Part shown: piece by piece, positions 9,634 to 19,197 of the stretch
Layout of the letters: every line of letters begins with the position of its first letter
Position numbering within the stretch: position 1 is the first letter of the stretch
From: a virus
Length of the DNA stretch: 64,000 bases
Direction: 5' to 3' (one strand)
IMG/VR virus record: IMGVR_UViG_3300017991_000007
Location: 1 to 64,000 of that record
Notes under the pieces: model-generated
Seen by the model: only the letters and a program-made list of their open reading frames with translations
What the model was told of the DNA's origin: nothing
Databases searched by the model: none
Translations under genes and position numbers: made by a program

Positions 9634-11459
9634 CGGAATTAAATCAAGATGAACAACGGCTACTTACTTCCCTTTCCCCGGAGGAACAGGACTTAGTTTT
9701 ACGGGTGTTGGAGGGGGATGAGGAAATACTTTCAGCCCTCTATCAAGAGGAATATGAGGAAGTACCAGTAAGCCCGCATAAGTTTTTTACCGACCCGTAC
9801 TATTTGGGGCAGACCGGAGCCGATTTATACCCACAAATCTTGAGTGACTTGGTTGACGTTTTCAGTACGGATTGTGTGGAAATTGTGCTTGGTGGTAGTA
9901 TCGGGTGGGGCAAATCCACGTTTACAGAGTTTGCAATTCTGCGGGTTTTGTATGAGGTTGCTTGCCTGAGAAATCCACAACGCTCTTTTGGTCTTATGGA
10001 GGGGTCCAGTATTGTCCTTATCAACCTTTCCGTTACCCACGCTCAAGCAAAGAAAGCCATTTTTACGGGTTTGCTTGCCAAGGTAAGGCAAAGCCCTTTT
10101 TTCAAAGAGAAATTCCCCTACGACCCGTCTGTTACCTCTGAGTTGCGCTTTCCAAAGAACATTACTATTTTTCCGGGTGCATCAACTGATAACTCTATCT
10201 TGGGGCTAAATGTCATAGGAGGTGCGGTTGACGAATCAAACTTTATGCCGGTAAGGGAGAAAGCCAAGATGCCGGGTATGAGGGGCGCAACCGTTGGTGT
10301 GTACGACAAGGCTGATTCTCTCTACAATGCTATGCTGAGGCGTATGAAATCCCGTTTTATGAAGCGGGGGAAGCTGCCCGGAAAGCTCTTTACCCTTTCC
10401 TCAGCCCAATACCCAAACGATTTTATTGAGCGTAAGACACGTCAAGCCTTGCATGATGACCGTATCTTTGTTCGTAACTACTCCCTTTGGGAAGTCAAGC
10501 CGCCGGGTGAGTATTCGGATGAGACTTTCAAGGTAGAGGTTGGCACGGATTTACAGGGATCACGGATACTCACCGGCAAAGAGCCGCCCAATACGATTGT
10601 CGGTAAGGTCATTGACGTTCCCATAGATTTTATAAAGGATTTTGAAAACGATATTGAGGGGTCCATTCGGGATATTGCCGGTATCTCTACTTTGACCGTT
10701 GACCAATTTATCAAGAATTTCAGAAAAGTAGTGGATTGCATCAATAAGAAAAGGCACCATGTTTTCACGGGGGAAAGCACAACTCTTGAGGATAATCATA
10801 AGTTTTATCGTCGGACCTATCTGAAACCAAATCCAGTTAAACCCAAGACTCGTAAGCCGGTCCTAATCCATAATCCAGAGGCCGTCCGGGTAGCGCACAT
10901 TGACCCTTCTGTATCCGGTGATGCGACGGGTATTGCGGTTGGTCATATCGCTGATATGGTCAAAGTGTCCAGAAAGCAGCCGGACGGTAGAAAAACTGAG
11001 GAATATGCACCTCTCATATTTTATGATTTGTTGCTTCAAATACGCCCGCCTTTGCATCGGGAAATTCAGTTTGACCGTGTTCGTGACGTTCTTTATGAGT
11101 TGATTAAGGATGGTATGAAAATCCAGATAGTTACGATGGACTCTTATCAGTCAGCCGAGCCTTTACAGCAACTTAGGCGTAAGGGATTGATAGCTGATTT
11201 GTTGTCAGTTGACCGGACAACCGACCCTTACGATATCCTCAAGGCCGCATTCTACGAAAACCGGGTGGATATGTACGAGCATAAGATTGCCATGCAAGAG
11301 CTTAGGCAGTTGGAGCATGACCGGCAAAAGAACAAGATTGATCACCCCGAAAGAGGCTCAAAGGACATTGCGGACGCTATGGCGGGGGTGGCATTCACTC
11401 TCACAACTTACGCATCCAGACTCTATAAACCCACTGTTGCCGTCCGAACATTCGGATAA
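9630..11459 (+). CDS. terL: Terminase large subunit
   Basis: Walker A GGSIGWGKS, Walker B AVDE, nuclease motifs HIDPS..GD and KIDHP..GSKDIADA. Confidence 0.92.
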   Translation: MTELNQDEQRLLTSLSPEEQDLVLRVLEGDEEILSALYQEEYEEVPVSPHKFFTDPYYLGQTGADLYPQILSDLVDVFSTDCVEIVLGGSIGWGKSTFTEFAILRVLYEVACLRNPQRSFGLMEGSSIVLINLSVTHAQAKKAIFTGLLAKVRQSPFFKEKFPYDPSVTSELRFPKNITIFPGASTDNSILGLNVIGGAVDESNFMPVREKAKMPGMRGATVGVYDKADSLYNAMLRRMKSRFMKRGKLPGKLFTLSSAQYPNDFIERKTRQALHDDRIFVRNYSLWEVKPPGEYSDETFKVEVGTDLQGSRILTGKEPPNTIVGKVIDVPIDFIKDFENDIEGSIRDIAGISTLTVDQFIKNFRKVVDCINKKRHHVFTGESTTLEDNHKFYRRTYLKPNPVKPKTRKPVLIHNPEAVRVAHIDPSVSGDATGIAVGHIADMVKVSRKQPDGRKTEEYAPLIFYDLLLQIRPPLHREIQFDRVRDVLYELIKDGMKIQIVTMDSYQSAEPLQQLRRKGLIADLLSVDRTTDPYDILKAAFYENRVDMYEHKIAMQELRQLEHDRQKNKIDHPERGSKDIADAMAGVAFTLTTYASRLYKPTVAVRTFG

Positions 11460-11555
11460 CACAAGATGTAGTAGAGCATGTATAAAAAACGTCATTTATT
11501 CTTGACAAGCGAGAAATGGCGTGTTATGTTTTAAGCAGAAAGGAGTGGTATATTT

Positions 11556-11981
11556 ATGAGCGAGAATGAAAAGCCAAAACGCAAAAGGTTGCCGTCCCAT
11601 ATCCGGGAACAGCTTATTAGCGAGCTTGGTACTGCCACGGATCAAGCGTTGGCTGATAAGTATTCAAAGCTTGTGGGTTTCACCATCGAAAGGCATACCG
11701 TATTCTATCTGCGAAATAGCCGGGGAATAGCTGCGTTTGCTCCCCGTCCATATACCCCACCCGCTTTCAAAGGTCGGTTTGAGGATGCGTATCCAGAGGT
11801 CAAAGAGCTTTTGGGCAGAGTACCTTTGCTGCATATCGCAAGGCGATACAATGTAAGCCGGTCATGCGTTAGAGCCGCCGCTGAGAGGCTTGGATTGCCC
11901 ACACGGGCGCAAGACTTTGAAAAGATTTTTGAGGATGCCGGGTCAAACCCGTTGCCAGATGAGGCAAGACAAGCCGGATAA
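11556..11981 (+). CDS. HTH-like DNA-binding protein
   Basis: Two HTH-like repeats (LGT.TD..LA; LLG......IARRYNVSRS.V); own TTGACA promoter. Confidence 0.55.
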   Translation: MSENEKPKRKRLPSHIREQLISELGTATDQALADKYSKLVGFTIERHTVFYLRNSRGIAAFAPRPYTPPAFKGRFEDAYPEVKELLGRVPLLHIARRYNVSRSCVRAAAERLGLPTRAQDFEKIFEDAGSNPLPDEARQAG

Positions 11982-12020
11982 ATTTGATACGTTGCGAGTC
12001 ATAGCACCCCACCTTATGAT

Positions 12021-12048
12021 TGCCCCCTTAACCGGGGGCATATTTTTA
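12021..12048 (+). terminator. Rho-independent terminator
   Basis: TGCCCCC-TTAACC-GGGGGCA then TATTTTT. Confidence 0.6.
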
Positions 12049-12112
12049 CTTGACAATTCAAAAGAGTGTTGTTATATTATGTGCGTGAAACATATTTTTG
12101 CGGGGGTGCGAA

Positions 12113-12463
12113 ATGACGCATGAAAGTGAGATTAATTGCTCCATAAGCAAGATTGAACACCGGGTATGGGGTGGTTCTTTGATTGCCACGGTGACGGTCC
12201 TGCCAACGGATGAGGATGATCCCGATGAGGTATCTTTTGGGGTTGATGTTGCTGAGTTCGTCAAACATCTTGAAGTTGAATCCAATCCATACACTGAGAT
12301 TCTTATCGACAAAACGGAGCCGAAAAAACGGTTTGTTCTGCGTACCGTTGATTTTGTGGGGGGTCTGGAATCAGCCGGGGTCTTAGCTGAGTTGGAAAAC
12401 GCCGGGGAAAGCGTAAATACGGATGCGCCGGACGGCATTGACGATGATGATATCCCATTTTGA
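12113..12463 (+). CDS. Hypothetical acidic protein
   Basis: ORF after promoter; ends DDDDIPF (SSB-like tail). Confidence 0.55.
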   Translation: MTHESEINCSISKIEHRVWGGSLIATVTVLPTDEDDPDEVSFGVDVAEFVKHLEVESNPYTEILIDKTEPKKRFVLRTVDFVGGLESAGVLAELENAGESVNTDAPDGIDDDDIPF

Positions 12464-12834
12464 GTAGGCAGTACAACATAAGCGGGCAAGACCGCAGCAT
12501 TCTCTTTCACCTGAAAAGACGTGGGGGAGAATGTGAACTGTTTACAATACTTTACTACGATCTTGATATGCCAATGGGACGGGCAAGGCAAAGCGTAATG
12601 CCTCTCGCTGCCCGGTTGCGGGAACGCAGATTAGTTGCGTTTCCTTCAAAGCAGCCCTTGGTTTGTGCTATAACTAGGGTTGGAGAAAAGGTCTTATCCA
12701 AAGACCAAAAATCCATTACCGTTAAGGAGCAAAATGATGATATTAAGAAGCGAGTCGGAACTAATGCAGGGGCTAAAAGCCGCCGAATTACCCGTTACCG
12801 ACCTACGACACCGCCTACCCCGTCACGAAAGTAG
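12460..12834 (+). CDS. Hypothetical protein (winged-helix-like)
   Basis: ORF coupled to the upstream gene. Confidence 0.35.
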   Translation: MSRQYNISGQDRSILFHLKRRGGECELFTILYYDLDMPMGRARQSVMPLAARLRERRLVAFPSKQPLVCAITRVGEKVLSKDQKSITVKEQNDDIKKRVGTNAGAKSRRITRYRPTTPPTPSRK

Positions 12835-13531
12835 AGCTTGGGGAAAGCGTGACCCGGCGGGCATTCAGGGAGTCGTCTATCACCATGCAGCAAGTACCGG
12901 AACCTTTGAGGCTGTTGCTAACTACCATATAAAACCCAACCACATTTCCAGCCGGGGTCTGCCCTCCATTTCGTACACAATGGGTATCGACACGGATGGT
13001 ACCATTGCGTTATTCAATGATTTCGTTTGGCGCACTTATTCTCAGGGATATTCCAAGCGTCCGGGGGATGAAAACGCTGAGTTTATGGCGGTCCTTATCC
13101 GGGGCAACCTTTGGAGTCCGCACAATCCCAACGGGCATGATCCAACGGAAAAGCAACTGTTTTCCGCAGCCGCACTTTACGATTGGCTGCATAGGAATTG
13201 GGGTTTGCATCCCTCAATGCTTTTCGGTCATTATCATTTTGGCAAGGCTTTGTGTCCGGGGTCCGCAGTCAAGAGATTGATTGAGACTATTCGGGGTGAC
13301 GTGGTAGAGCCTACTCCTACCATGCTGCCAGAAAAGCAAATTAACTTGGTTGCCGATAGGCAAATTAAGCTCAAGACTTTGGGGCATTATTCCGGCAATA
13401 TTGACGGTATTTGGGGTCCGCAGTCGGACTCTGCCCTAAGAGCATTTCAAGCTGAAAGCGGTTTGTATGTTGATGGTATTTGGGGCCGGAATACTGAGGC
13501 TGCTATGAAAGCTGCCCTAGCTGCAAAATAA
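12734..13531 (+). CDS. Endolysin, N-acetylmuramoyl-L-alanine amidase with peptidoglycan-binding domain
   Basis: VYHHAA, GH.....CPG Zn ligands; C-terminal DGIWGP...ALRAFQ...GL.VDGIWG; AGGAG RBS. Confidence 0.88.
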   Translation: MMILRSESELMQGLKAAELPVTDLRHRLPRHESRAWGKRDPAGIQGVVYHHAASTGTFEAVANYHIKPNHISSRGLPSISYTMGIDTDGTIALFNDFVWRTYSQGYSKRPGDENAEFMAVLIRGNLWSPHNPNGHDPTEKQLFSAAALYDWLHRNWGLHPSMLFGHYHFGKALCPGSAVKRLIETIRGDVVEPTPTMLPEKQINLVADRQIKLKTLGHYSGNIDGIWGPQSDSALRAFQAESGLYVDGIWGRNTEAAMKAALAAK

Positions 13532-13532
13532 A

Positions 13533-13557
13533 AAATGCCCGGTAGGAGTACCGGGTC
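13533..13557 (-). terminator. Terminator hairpin
   Basis: CCCGGTA/TACCGGG stem next to an A tract on the + strand. Confidence 0.6.
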
Positions 13558-13579
13558 TTGGTAGGATTCATTAGTGGGA

Positions 13580-13741
13580 TTAGGACACTCTTTGGGAACT
13601 ACCCTCTTGCATTTGCCCCTCAAAGAGTGCTTGTAGGTCCGCTAATTCCTGCCTTTGGCGGTCATTCAGGGGTTGACCGTTGTTATTGGAAAGTTCCTGA
13701 ATCATTATCTCAGTCTCTTGGATCATTTCAGAGTGTGTCAT
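13580..13741 (-). CDS. 53-aa hypothetical protein (below ORF-track cutoff)
   Basis: AAGGAG RBS; MTHSEMIQETE...QRVS. Confidence 0.55.
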   Translation of the reverse strand: MTHSEMIQETEIMIQELSNNNGQPLNDRQRQELADLQALFEGQMQEGSSQRVS

Positions 13742-13753
13742 TTTCAGACTCCT

Positions 13754-14230
13754 TTAGGCGATTGAGCCGGTAGTGTTGATATCGTTAATATGCCGGTATC
13801 CCGCTCCGATATTGACGCACACGGGGCCAAACCCGGTAGCAATAGACTCAGGGACCGTCAACCGCCGTCCGCAGCGTCCGCAACGCCCTTCATGCCAGAT
13901 TTCGACACTCTCAGGGAGATTGCCGGAAAGCAACCGGGTGAAAAACCAGTTGAAAACCCTTGCGCTTTGGGCATCCCGGCTGATTCGGGAACGCCGCCCG
14001 TGAAAGTACCGGGCATTCTCGGTACCCGCATCAAAGATGGTACCCAAAAAGGTGTAGTCACTGGAATTTTCCGGGCCGGTCAAAACGCTTACGAAGTGAG
14101 GCGCATCCTCATTGGGTTGCCGGACTCGGAAAGTGAGGCGATTGCCGGTATCGGTATTGAGTAGGGTAAAGTAAGCGTTTCCTGCCAAGACGAATTGCCG
14201 GATATTTTGCTCTATGATATGCCTTTCCAT
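13754..14230 (-). CDS. DUF6011-like zinc-ribbon protein
   Basis: CGRCGRRLTVPESIATGFGPVC. Confidence 0.75.
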   Translation of the reverse strand: MERHIIEQNIRQFVLAGNAYFTLLNTDTGNRLTFRVRQPNEDAPHFVSVLTGPENSSDYTFLGTIFDAGTENARYFHGRRSRISRDAQSARVFNWFFTRLLSGNLPESVEIWHEGRCGRCGRRLTVPESIATGFGPVCVNIGAGYRHINDINTTGSIA

Positions 14231-14279
14231 TTCGTTTCCCCTTTCGGTTTGTTGTGTCGTTTCATTAATCATCATGGTT

Positions 14280-14385
14280 GTACTATACCAAGGCTAAAAA
14301 GACTTGTCAAGTAAAAAATGCAAGCGATTGCACTTTTTTTAACAATTTTCTCTTGACGTGTTAAGTAGGTTTGCGCTATTAAATA
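14280..14385. promoter_or_regulatory. Operator with divergent promoters
   Basis: TGTCAA 14305-10 (minus-strand -35), TGCAAGCGATTGCA 14319-32, TTGACG on + strand. Confidence 0.75.
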
Positions 14386-14419
14386 TTTGTTATGGTTATT
14401 TGGTTACGAGAATTTTGAT

Positions 14420-14638
14420 ATGAGGTACCGGTGTAATGATCCCGTCACCGTTGCCGTATCCTATTGTCCTATGTGTCAGAAATCCGTAAATATTTTGTAC
14501 GTTGAGGCTCGTAAGGACCGTGTTCTTTGCCCGCATTGTTTTGGAGTTTTCACTTACACACAGCCGAAAAGAGTTATAGTAAACCGTGGCATGATTGCGT
14601 CTGATGGTATGGACGGGGAGTTTCTGTATGAGGATTGA
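14420..14638 (+). CDS. Zn-ribbon protein
   Basis: CPMC...CPHC. Confidence 0.55.
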   Translation: MRYRCNDPVTVAVSYCPMCQKSVNILYVEARKDRVLCPHCFGVFTYTQPKRVIVNRGMIASDGMDGEFLYED

Positions 14639-14945
14639 TGTGTTTAGAGCGACGGGTGACGGGTACGCACAGGACGTTACTGAGGGGGTTGAGGTTGCCA
14701 AGATTGTAGCCGCCTTGCTGAGTAATAGTCCGGGTGTGGTAGAGATTGATTTTGCGGGGGTCATAGCGGTAGAGCGGGTTTTTCTCTTTGGGCTATTCAA
14801 TTCGCTTTATCTACAGTTCTCGGTTGATGAGCTTCATACTCGGATTCGATTTAAGAACTTGGGAGATTTCGAGTTCGTAGTAAGACGGTGTGCGGTGTTG
14901 TCTTTGGAGAGTGTGCTGAAAATTCAATCATCCTCAGCAACGTAA
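14628..14945 (+). CDS. STAS-like (DUF4325-like) protein
   Basis: EG..V...VEIDFAGV.....FL..LF..L...F. Confidence 0.6.
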   Translation: MRIDVFRATGDGYAQDVTEGVEVAKIVAALLSNSPGVVEIDFAGVIAVERVFLFGLFNSLYLQFSVDELHTRIRFKNLGDFEFVVRRCAVLSLESVLKIQSSSAT

Positions 14946-15377
14946 TCAGTCTTTTTCAAGAGCGTACCGGGCTTTGCTGATTCTATCCAATAGATCATTT
15001 ACCCGTACAAAGGCGGTATCTAAGGTTTTTTCCGCAGCCTCTTGTTTTGAGTGTTTGGCCCGTCTATTTGCCATTAACACGAATAGATGTTCTCTAAAGG
15101 TTACTTTGGTTTCGGTGATTTTTTGGAGTTCTTTGCACCGGTCAAGTGTTTGATCCACTCGTATAAAATCGGCACCTATTTTGCCCCAATATTGTTGTTC
15201 TTGGAGGTCGGTACCTATCTCACTAGCCTCAATGCAGGAAAGTGCATTCTCTAATGTTTCGAGTCTATCACTTGCTTGGTGTAGAAGTTGCTCCAAGGCT
15301 TTCATAACTGATATACGAATTTGTGTATCCATTTTAATCATCCTCAGCAACGTAAAGGCCGTATTCAATAATAGCAT
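14946..15377 (-). CDS. Hypothetical coiled-coil protein (start uncertain)
   Basis: Helical ORF. Confidence 0.45.
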   Translation of the reverse strand: MLLLNTAFTLLRMIKMDTQIRISVMKALEQLLHQASDRLETLENALSCIEASEIGTDLQEQQYWGKIGADFIRVDQTLDRCKELQKITETKVTFREHLFVLMANRRAKHSKQEAAEKTLDTAFVRVNDLLDRISKARYALEKD

Positions 15378-15502
15378 CTAACAAGTCCGGGTGTTCGTCA
15401 AGTTTGTATCCGGTTGCCCTCTCAAATTCAAAGAAGATATCGCAGAAATGATTGGAGCCTTGATCTTTTGCTTTTGCCTCTCTATCGTCTGCTTGGCTCA
15501 TT

Positions 15503-15835
15503 TTACGCATCCCCCTCAGTTACGAGTACCCACCCCGGCCCGCTGGTAGGATTCTCAGGAATAGCCTCATAAGCGGCCCTTTGCATGGCCTCAGTCAAAT
15601 CCCGCCGGTATTGGGCATTGCGCCTATTTGCCGCATCCATAACGTAATCCAGAGGCAAGAAAGTACCATCCCCATATTCATAGTCCGGTAGTATGGATTC
15701 ATTTTCCATAAAGGTACCGTCCGGGGCAGTAATTAGAAGCTGCCAACCGTGATCATGGTACAACTCAAAATGAAAACCGCTATCACCGGTTGCCTCAAAT
15801 CCGCTACAAATCTCAGTCCATTCGATTGCTGCCAT
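15503..15835 (-). CDS. Hypothetical protein behind operator promoter
   Basis: Conserved leader and AGGGG RBS. Confidence 0.65.
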   Translation of the reverse strand: MAAIEWTEICSGFEATGDSGFHFELYHDHGWQLLITAPDGTFMENESILPDYEYGDGTFLPLDYVMDAANRRNAQYRRDLTEAMQRAAYEAIPENPTSGPGWVLVTEGDA

Positions 15836-15877
15836 TTCGTTGCCCCTTTGGTTTGTGCCATTAAGTACCATACGCAC

Positions 15878-15985
15878 ACTATAATAAGGCTAAAAAGTCT
15901 TGTCAAGTAAAAAATGCAATCACTTGCACTTTTTTTCATTAGTAACGATTTCTCTTGACAAGCCTAAAAGTGAGTGTTAGATTGA
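15878..15985. promoter_or_regulatory. Operator with divergent promoters
   Basis: TGTCAA 15901-06, TGCAATCACTTGCA 15915-28, TTGACA 15955-60. Confidence 0.75.
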
Positions 15986-16012
15986 TGGAAACTTTGACAA
16001 GCGGGGGTAGCA

Positions 16013-16285
16013 ATGGATAATCAAGAGCTTGCGAAAAAGATGATCAATGACCTTAGTTCCCACGTCAATAACATGGGTTTGGATGAGAATGAGTTTGCGG
16101 ATGAGTTCTTTCAGGCTTTGGCAAGGGAGCATAGGACGTTGCAAGCGTCTATTGTGCGTGTACTACTAAAAGGATTGGTCCGGTACGGTGAAAATATCAG
16201 TACCGACTTGCGGAATGAAGCTGCGAAAAAGGCGTGTAAGGCCGTTTCGGACGTAATCAGGTCTTGCCCTATCCCTTTTATCTAA
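16013..16285 (+). CDS. Hypothetical protein
   Basis: GGGGGTAGC RBS; HRTLQ motif. Confidence 0.65.
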   Translation: MDNQELAKKMINDLSSHVNNMGLDENEFADEFFQALAREHRTLQASIVRVLLKGLVRYGENISTDLRNEAAKKACKAVSDVIRSCPIPFI

Positions 16286-16402
16286 ATGGAGGTCTGAGGC
16301 TATGTGGGAGCATTTTAAGCAGACTTTTGAGGGTATGTCCAAGCTGGAAATTGCCTCTGAAATTGCCGGGGGCTTTATGGTCTTTGGGCTGATAGGTCTT
16401 TT

Positions 16403-16753
16403 GTGGACTCTTGCGGCGGTCTGGTAATGGTTTATATAGGTAGATTTTTAGGCGGGGGTGGGAACGTAGCTGAGATTGGTCCCATGCTTACTTGGCTTGT
16501 AAAAAAAGATATAAAAGCTGAGTTTGTTCTTTTTGCCAACGGGAATTTTGGTATTCGTTTACTTGAATCAGAGGTTTCAAAGCTGCCTACCTATGAGGAT
16601 AAACCTTATTTACCCGTACCGGATGAGTGGGGAAGGAATACGCAAGGCGGTCATTCGGTTTATAAAATACATGAAAACGAGGATTGGTCTAAGCGTGTCA
16701 AAGCCTTTGGAAAAAACACTGGTTGGATTAAGGTGGGGTTAGCAAATGTGTAG
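16403..16753 (+). CDS. Hypothetical protein
   Basis: ORF within operon. Confidence 0.5.
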   Translation: MDSCGGLVMVYIGRFLGGGGNVAEIGPMLTWLVKKDIKAEFVLFANGNFGIRLLESEVSKLPTYEDKPYLPVPDEWGRNTQGGHSVYKIHENEDWSKRVKAFGKNTGWIKVGLANV

Positions 16754-16925
16754 GGTCTGCGATTGGGAAAGTTACGTTGATAAGATTGAGGGTATGATTT
16801 CAGACGGGGAGTACAAGTGGGCTGAGGATACCCTTTCTGGTATTTTGGAGTGGGTAGAGGAAAATGGTCATATCACTGATAAGCAAATGCGGGCGGTTGA
16901 TAATATCGAATCAAGGGGTAATTGA

Positions 16926-17639
16926 GTGGGATTTTTCAGCAAGAAAAAGAAAGCCAAGCTAAAGGCTATTGAGGAATGCGTAACCGGAATCAAGATATGG
17001 ACGGATGGTTCATGTTTTCCAAATCCAGACGGAGAGGGCGGTTGGTCTTTTGTGATCCGTGCGGATGATTTATGCGTTGTGAGGTCCGGGTATATTCCAG
17101 AACCATGCACCAATAACCGGGCTGAGTTGCTTGGGGCTATTGCGGCGTTGAAACAACTGGACAAGAATACCCTGCTTTACAAACCCGTGACGCTATACAC
17201 CGATTCACAGTACGTCCAAAAAGGCATTACTCAGTGGATAAGTGGGTGGATAAGCCGGGGTTGGCGCAATGTTCAAGGTCAACCGACTCCGAATAAAAAG
17301 CTTTGGCAGTTGCTTTTGGATGCCAAGTCCGGCATTAAGGTCCAATTCAAGCACGTCCGGGGTCACACCGGGGAGCCTATGAATGAGCTTTGCGATTGGT
17401 TAGCCAATGCTGCCAGAGAAAATAAGGTGGGAGTGGTTTACCAAGGCTGTTTCGCTGATTTAGATGACTCTTTGCGGGATGTTATGGATAAAGAGGGTGA
17501 CGGTACCATGACTACCATTGCGCCGGATATCTCTGAGGATGATGTAATGGGAAAGCGGTCAAACCGGCCAAAACAAAAACCGGTTGATTGGAAAAAAGCC
17601 AATAACCCGTTTGGTGATAAAGACGATGATCCGTTTTAG
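16926..17639 (+). CDS. rnhA: Ribonuclease HI
   Basis: WTDGSC..NP, TNNRAEL, YTDSQYV, HVRGHTG..NE.CD.LA. Confidence 0.92.
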   Translation: MGFFSKKKKAKLKAIEECVTGIKIWTDGSCFPNPDGEGGWSFVIRADDLCVVRSGYIPEPCTNNRAELLGAIAALKQLDKNTLLYKPVTLYTDSQYVQKGITQWISGWISRGWRNVQGQPTPNKKLWQLLLDAKSGIKVQFKHVRGHTGEPMNELCDWLANAARENKVGVVYQGCFADLDDSLRDVMDKEGDGTMTTIAPDISEDDVMGKRSNRPKQKPVDWKKANNPFGDKDDDPF

Positions 17640-17647
17640 GAGAGACA

Positions 17648-18286
17648 ATGACTGAGAAAGCGAAAGTGCCAGAGGATTGCCCTAAGTCTTTTCAGGGAAT
17701 TGGGGATGAGCGTTGTTATGCGTGTCCTTTGGGATATGGTACGGATGCAGAACCATGTTGTCCGTTCAAGTTCGGAATTCCAAAAGAGGTACGGGATGCG
17801 GTATTGGCTGAGGATGATGAGGCGAAAGCGTCTTTTGATCCAGACGATTGCACCGGGAAGTATGATCCGGTCACAAAACCGTGCTGTATTTGCGGAATCA
17901 TTGACGAATGCCCGCACCGTCCGGCTCAAGTGGAAGTCCTGATACAATGGGATGATAAGGGCAGACCGGTTTGCGTGTGGGATAAACCCAACAATTACAT
18001 ACGTTTGCGGGCTATTGATTTCCCGGAGCAATGGTGGGTTATTCGGAAAGTGCCAAAATCAAGCTGCAAGCGTTGTTATGGCAGGGGTGTTGTGGGGCTT
18101 GATGCCAAAACGAAAGCCCCGGTATTCTGCGGATGCACCAAAGGCGGGATTCGGAAAGTGCCAAAACCAAACGTGAAAGATAGGGTACAGGCTATTATTG
18201 AGGGTGATTACCGTCCGGCTCTTGTGGGTGCGGATGGAAAACCCATACAAGGAGAGACAAATGGCAAAAGAAATGAAAAACATTGA
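17648..18286 (+). CDS. Cys-rich Zn-finger protein
   Basis: Multiple CxxC motifs, CKRCYGRG. Confidence 0.6.
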   Translation: MTEKAKVPEDCPKSFQGIGDERCYACPLGYGTDAEPCCPFKFGIPKEVRDAVLAEDDEAKASFDPDDCTGKYDPVTKPCCICGIIDECPHRPAQVEVLIQWDDKGRPVCVWDKPNNYIRLRAIDFPEQWWVIRKVPKSSCKRCYGRGVVGLDAKTKAPVFCGCTKGGIRKVPKPNVKDRVQAIIEGDYRPALVGADGKPIQGETNGKRNEKH

Positions 18287-18455
18287 CGCAACGATTGATG
18301 GTGACATTCTGACTCTGAAAATCGACTTGACTAAGGATTTTGGCCCGTCCAAGTCCGGCAAGACCGTCATTATCGCATCCTCAGCGGGAACGGTACCGGT
18401 AGAGGGTGCGGATGGTGTGAAAATGGGGGTGAATGTCTTTAAGAAAAAGGAATAA
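18261..18455 (+). CDS. Small conserved phage protein
   Basis: LTLKIDLTKDFGPSKSGKTVIIASS motif; GGAGAG RBS. Confidence 0.65.
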   Translation: MAKEMKNIDATIDGDILTLKIDLTKDFGPSKSGKTVIIASSAGTVPVEGADGVKMGVNVFKKKE

Positions 18456-18458
18456 GCC

Positions 18459-18932
18459 GTGGATGAGCAAGAGGAAAAACGGCGGGCTGAGGGTGATCTT
18501 TGGAAAAACATCTATGACCTTGTGTGCCATATCCTCAGCGGGGAGATAGAAAGCAAATGTGGGGATGCGTTTGGTTTGATCGGAGCCAAGTGTGACGGCC
18601 AACCGTGGGCTTGCCCCGGACCCGATGATGAGGATGGTGATGAAACTGTAGATGCGCTTTGCGACGGATGCAGTGGTAGTCCGGCGGTAAGACCTTTGGA
18701 GCTTGATGAGATTCTACCACCAAATCTAATGCAGCAAGACCTTGAGCGCATTCAGGCAGTCGCTTTGGAGCGGTCAACCTTTCCGGTATTGCCGGGGGAT
18801 GTTCGCACGGTGACGGTAAAGCAGCCGCAGTTGATTAAAGAGGTGATTCGGGAAGTGGAAAACCGAATTGAGATACCCATTATTGGGGGCGCACAAATGA
18901 CTTTTAGGAGTGCTAAAGATGAAAGCAACTGA
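18459..18932 (+). CDS. Cys-containing hypothetical protein
   Basis: Apparent paralog of the next ORF. Confidence 0.55.
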   Translation: MDEQEEKRRAEGDLWKNIYDLVCHILSGEIESKCGDAFGLIGAKCDGQPWACPGPDDEDGDETVDALCDGCSGSPAVRPLELDEILPPNLMQQDLERIQAVALERSTFPVLPGDVRTVTVKQPQLIKEVIREVENRIEIPIIGGAQMTFRSAKDESN

Positions 18933-19197
18933 TTTCTGGAAAGCTGTCCGTAACATGGCTGAGGCTTGCAAAACCGGTTTTGAGTTTGGCTGCGATGGTT
19001 CGCCTTGTAAGCGGGAACAGATGTTCCATGATCACGGTGAATGTGAGGGATGCCCCGGTGATTCTACCTTTAGTCCGGTAGCGGTAGAGGGCGTTACTAA
19101 GGCTGAGTTGGAGGAAATACGCATGATTGCCATTGCTAAGTTTACGGATGCGTCCGATACTGCGGAGATAAAGCTGAATGGCAAGGAAACCTCTTAA
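18919..19197 (+). CDS. Cys-containing hypothetical protein
   Basis: Apparent paralog of the previous ORF. Confidence 0.55.
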   Translation: MKATDFWKAVRNMAEACKTGFEFGCDGSPCKREQMFHDHGECEGCPGDSTFSPVAVEGVTKAELEEIRMIAIAKFTDASDTAEIKLNGKETS

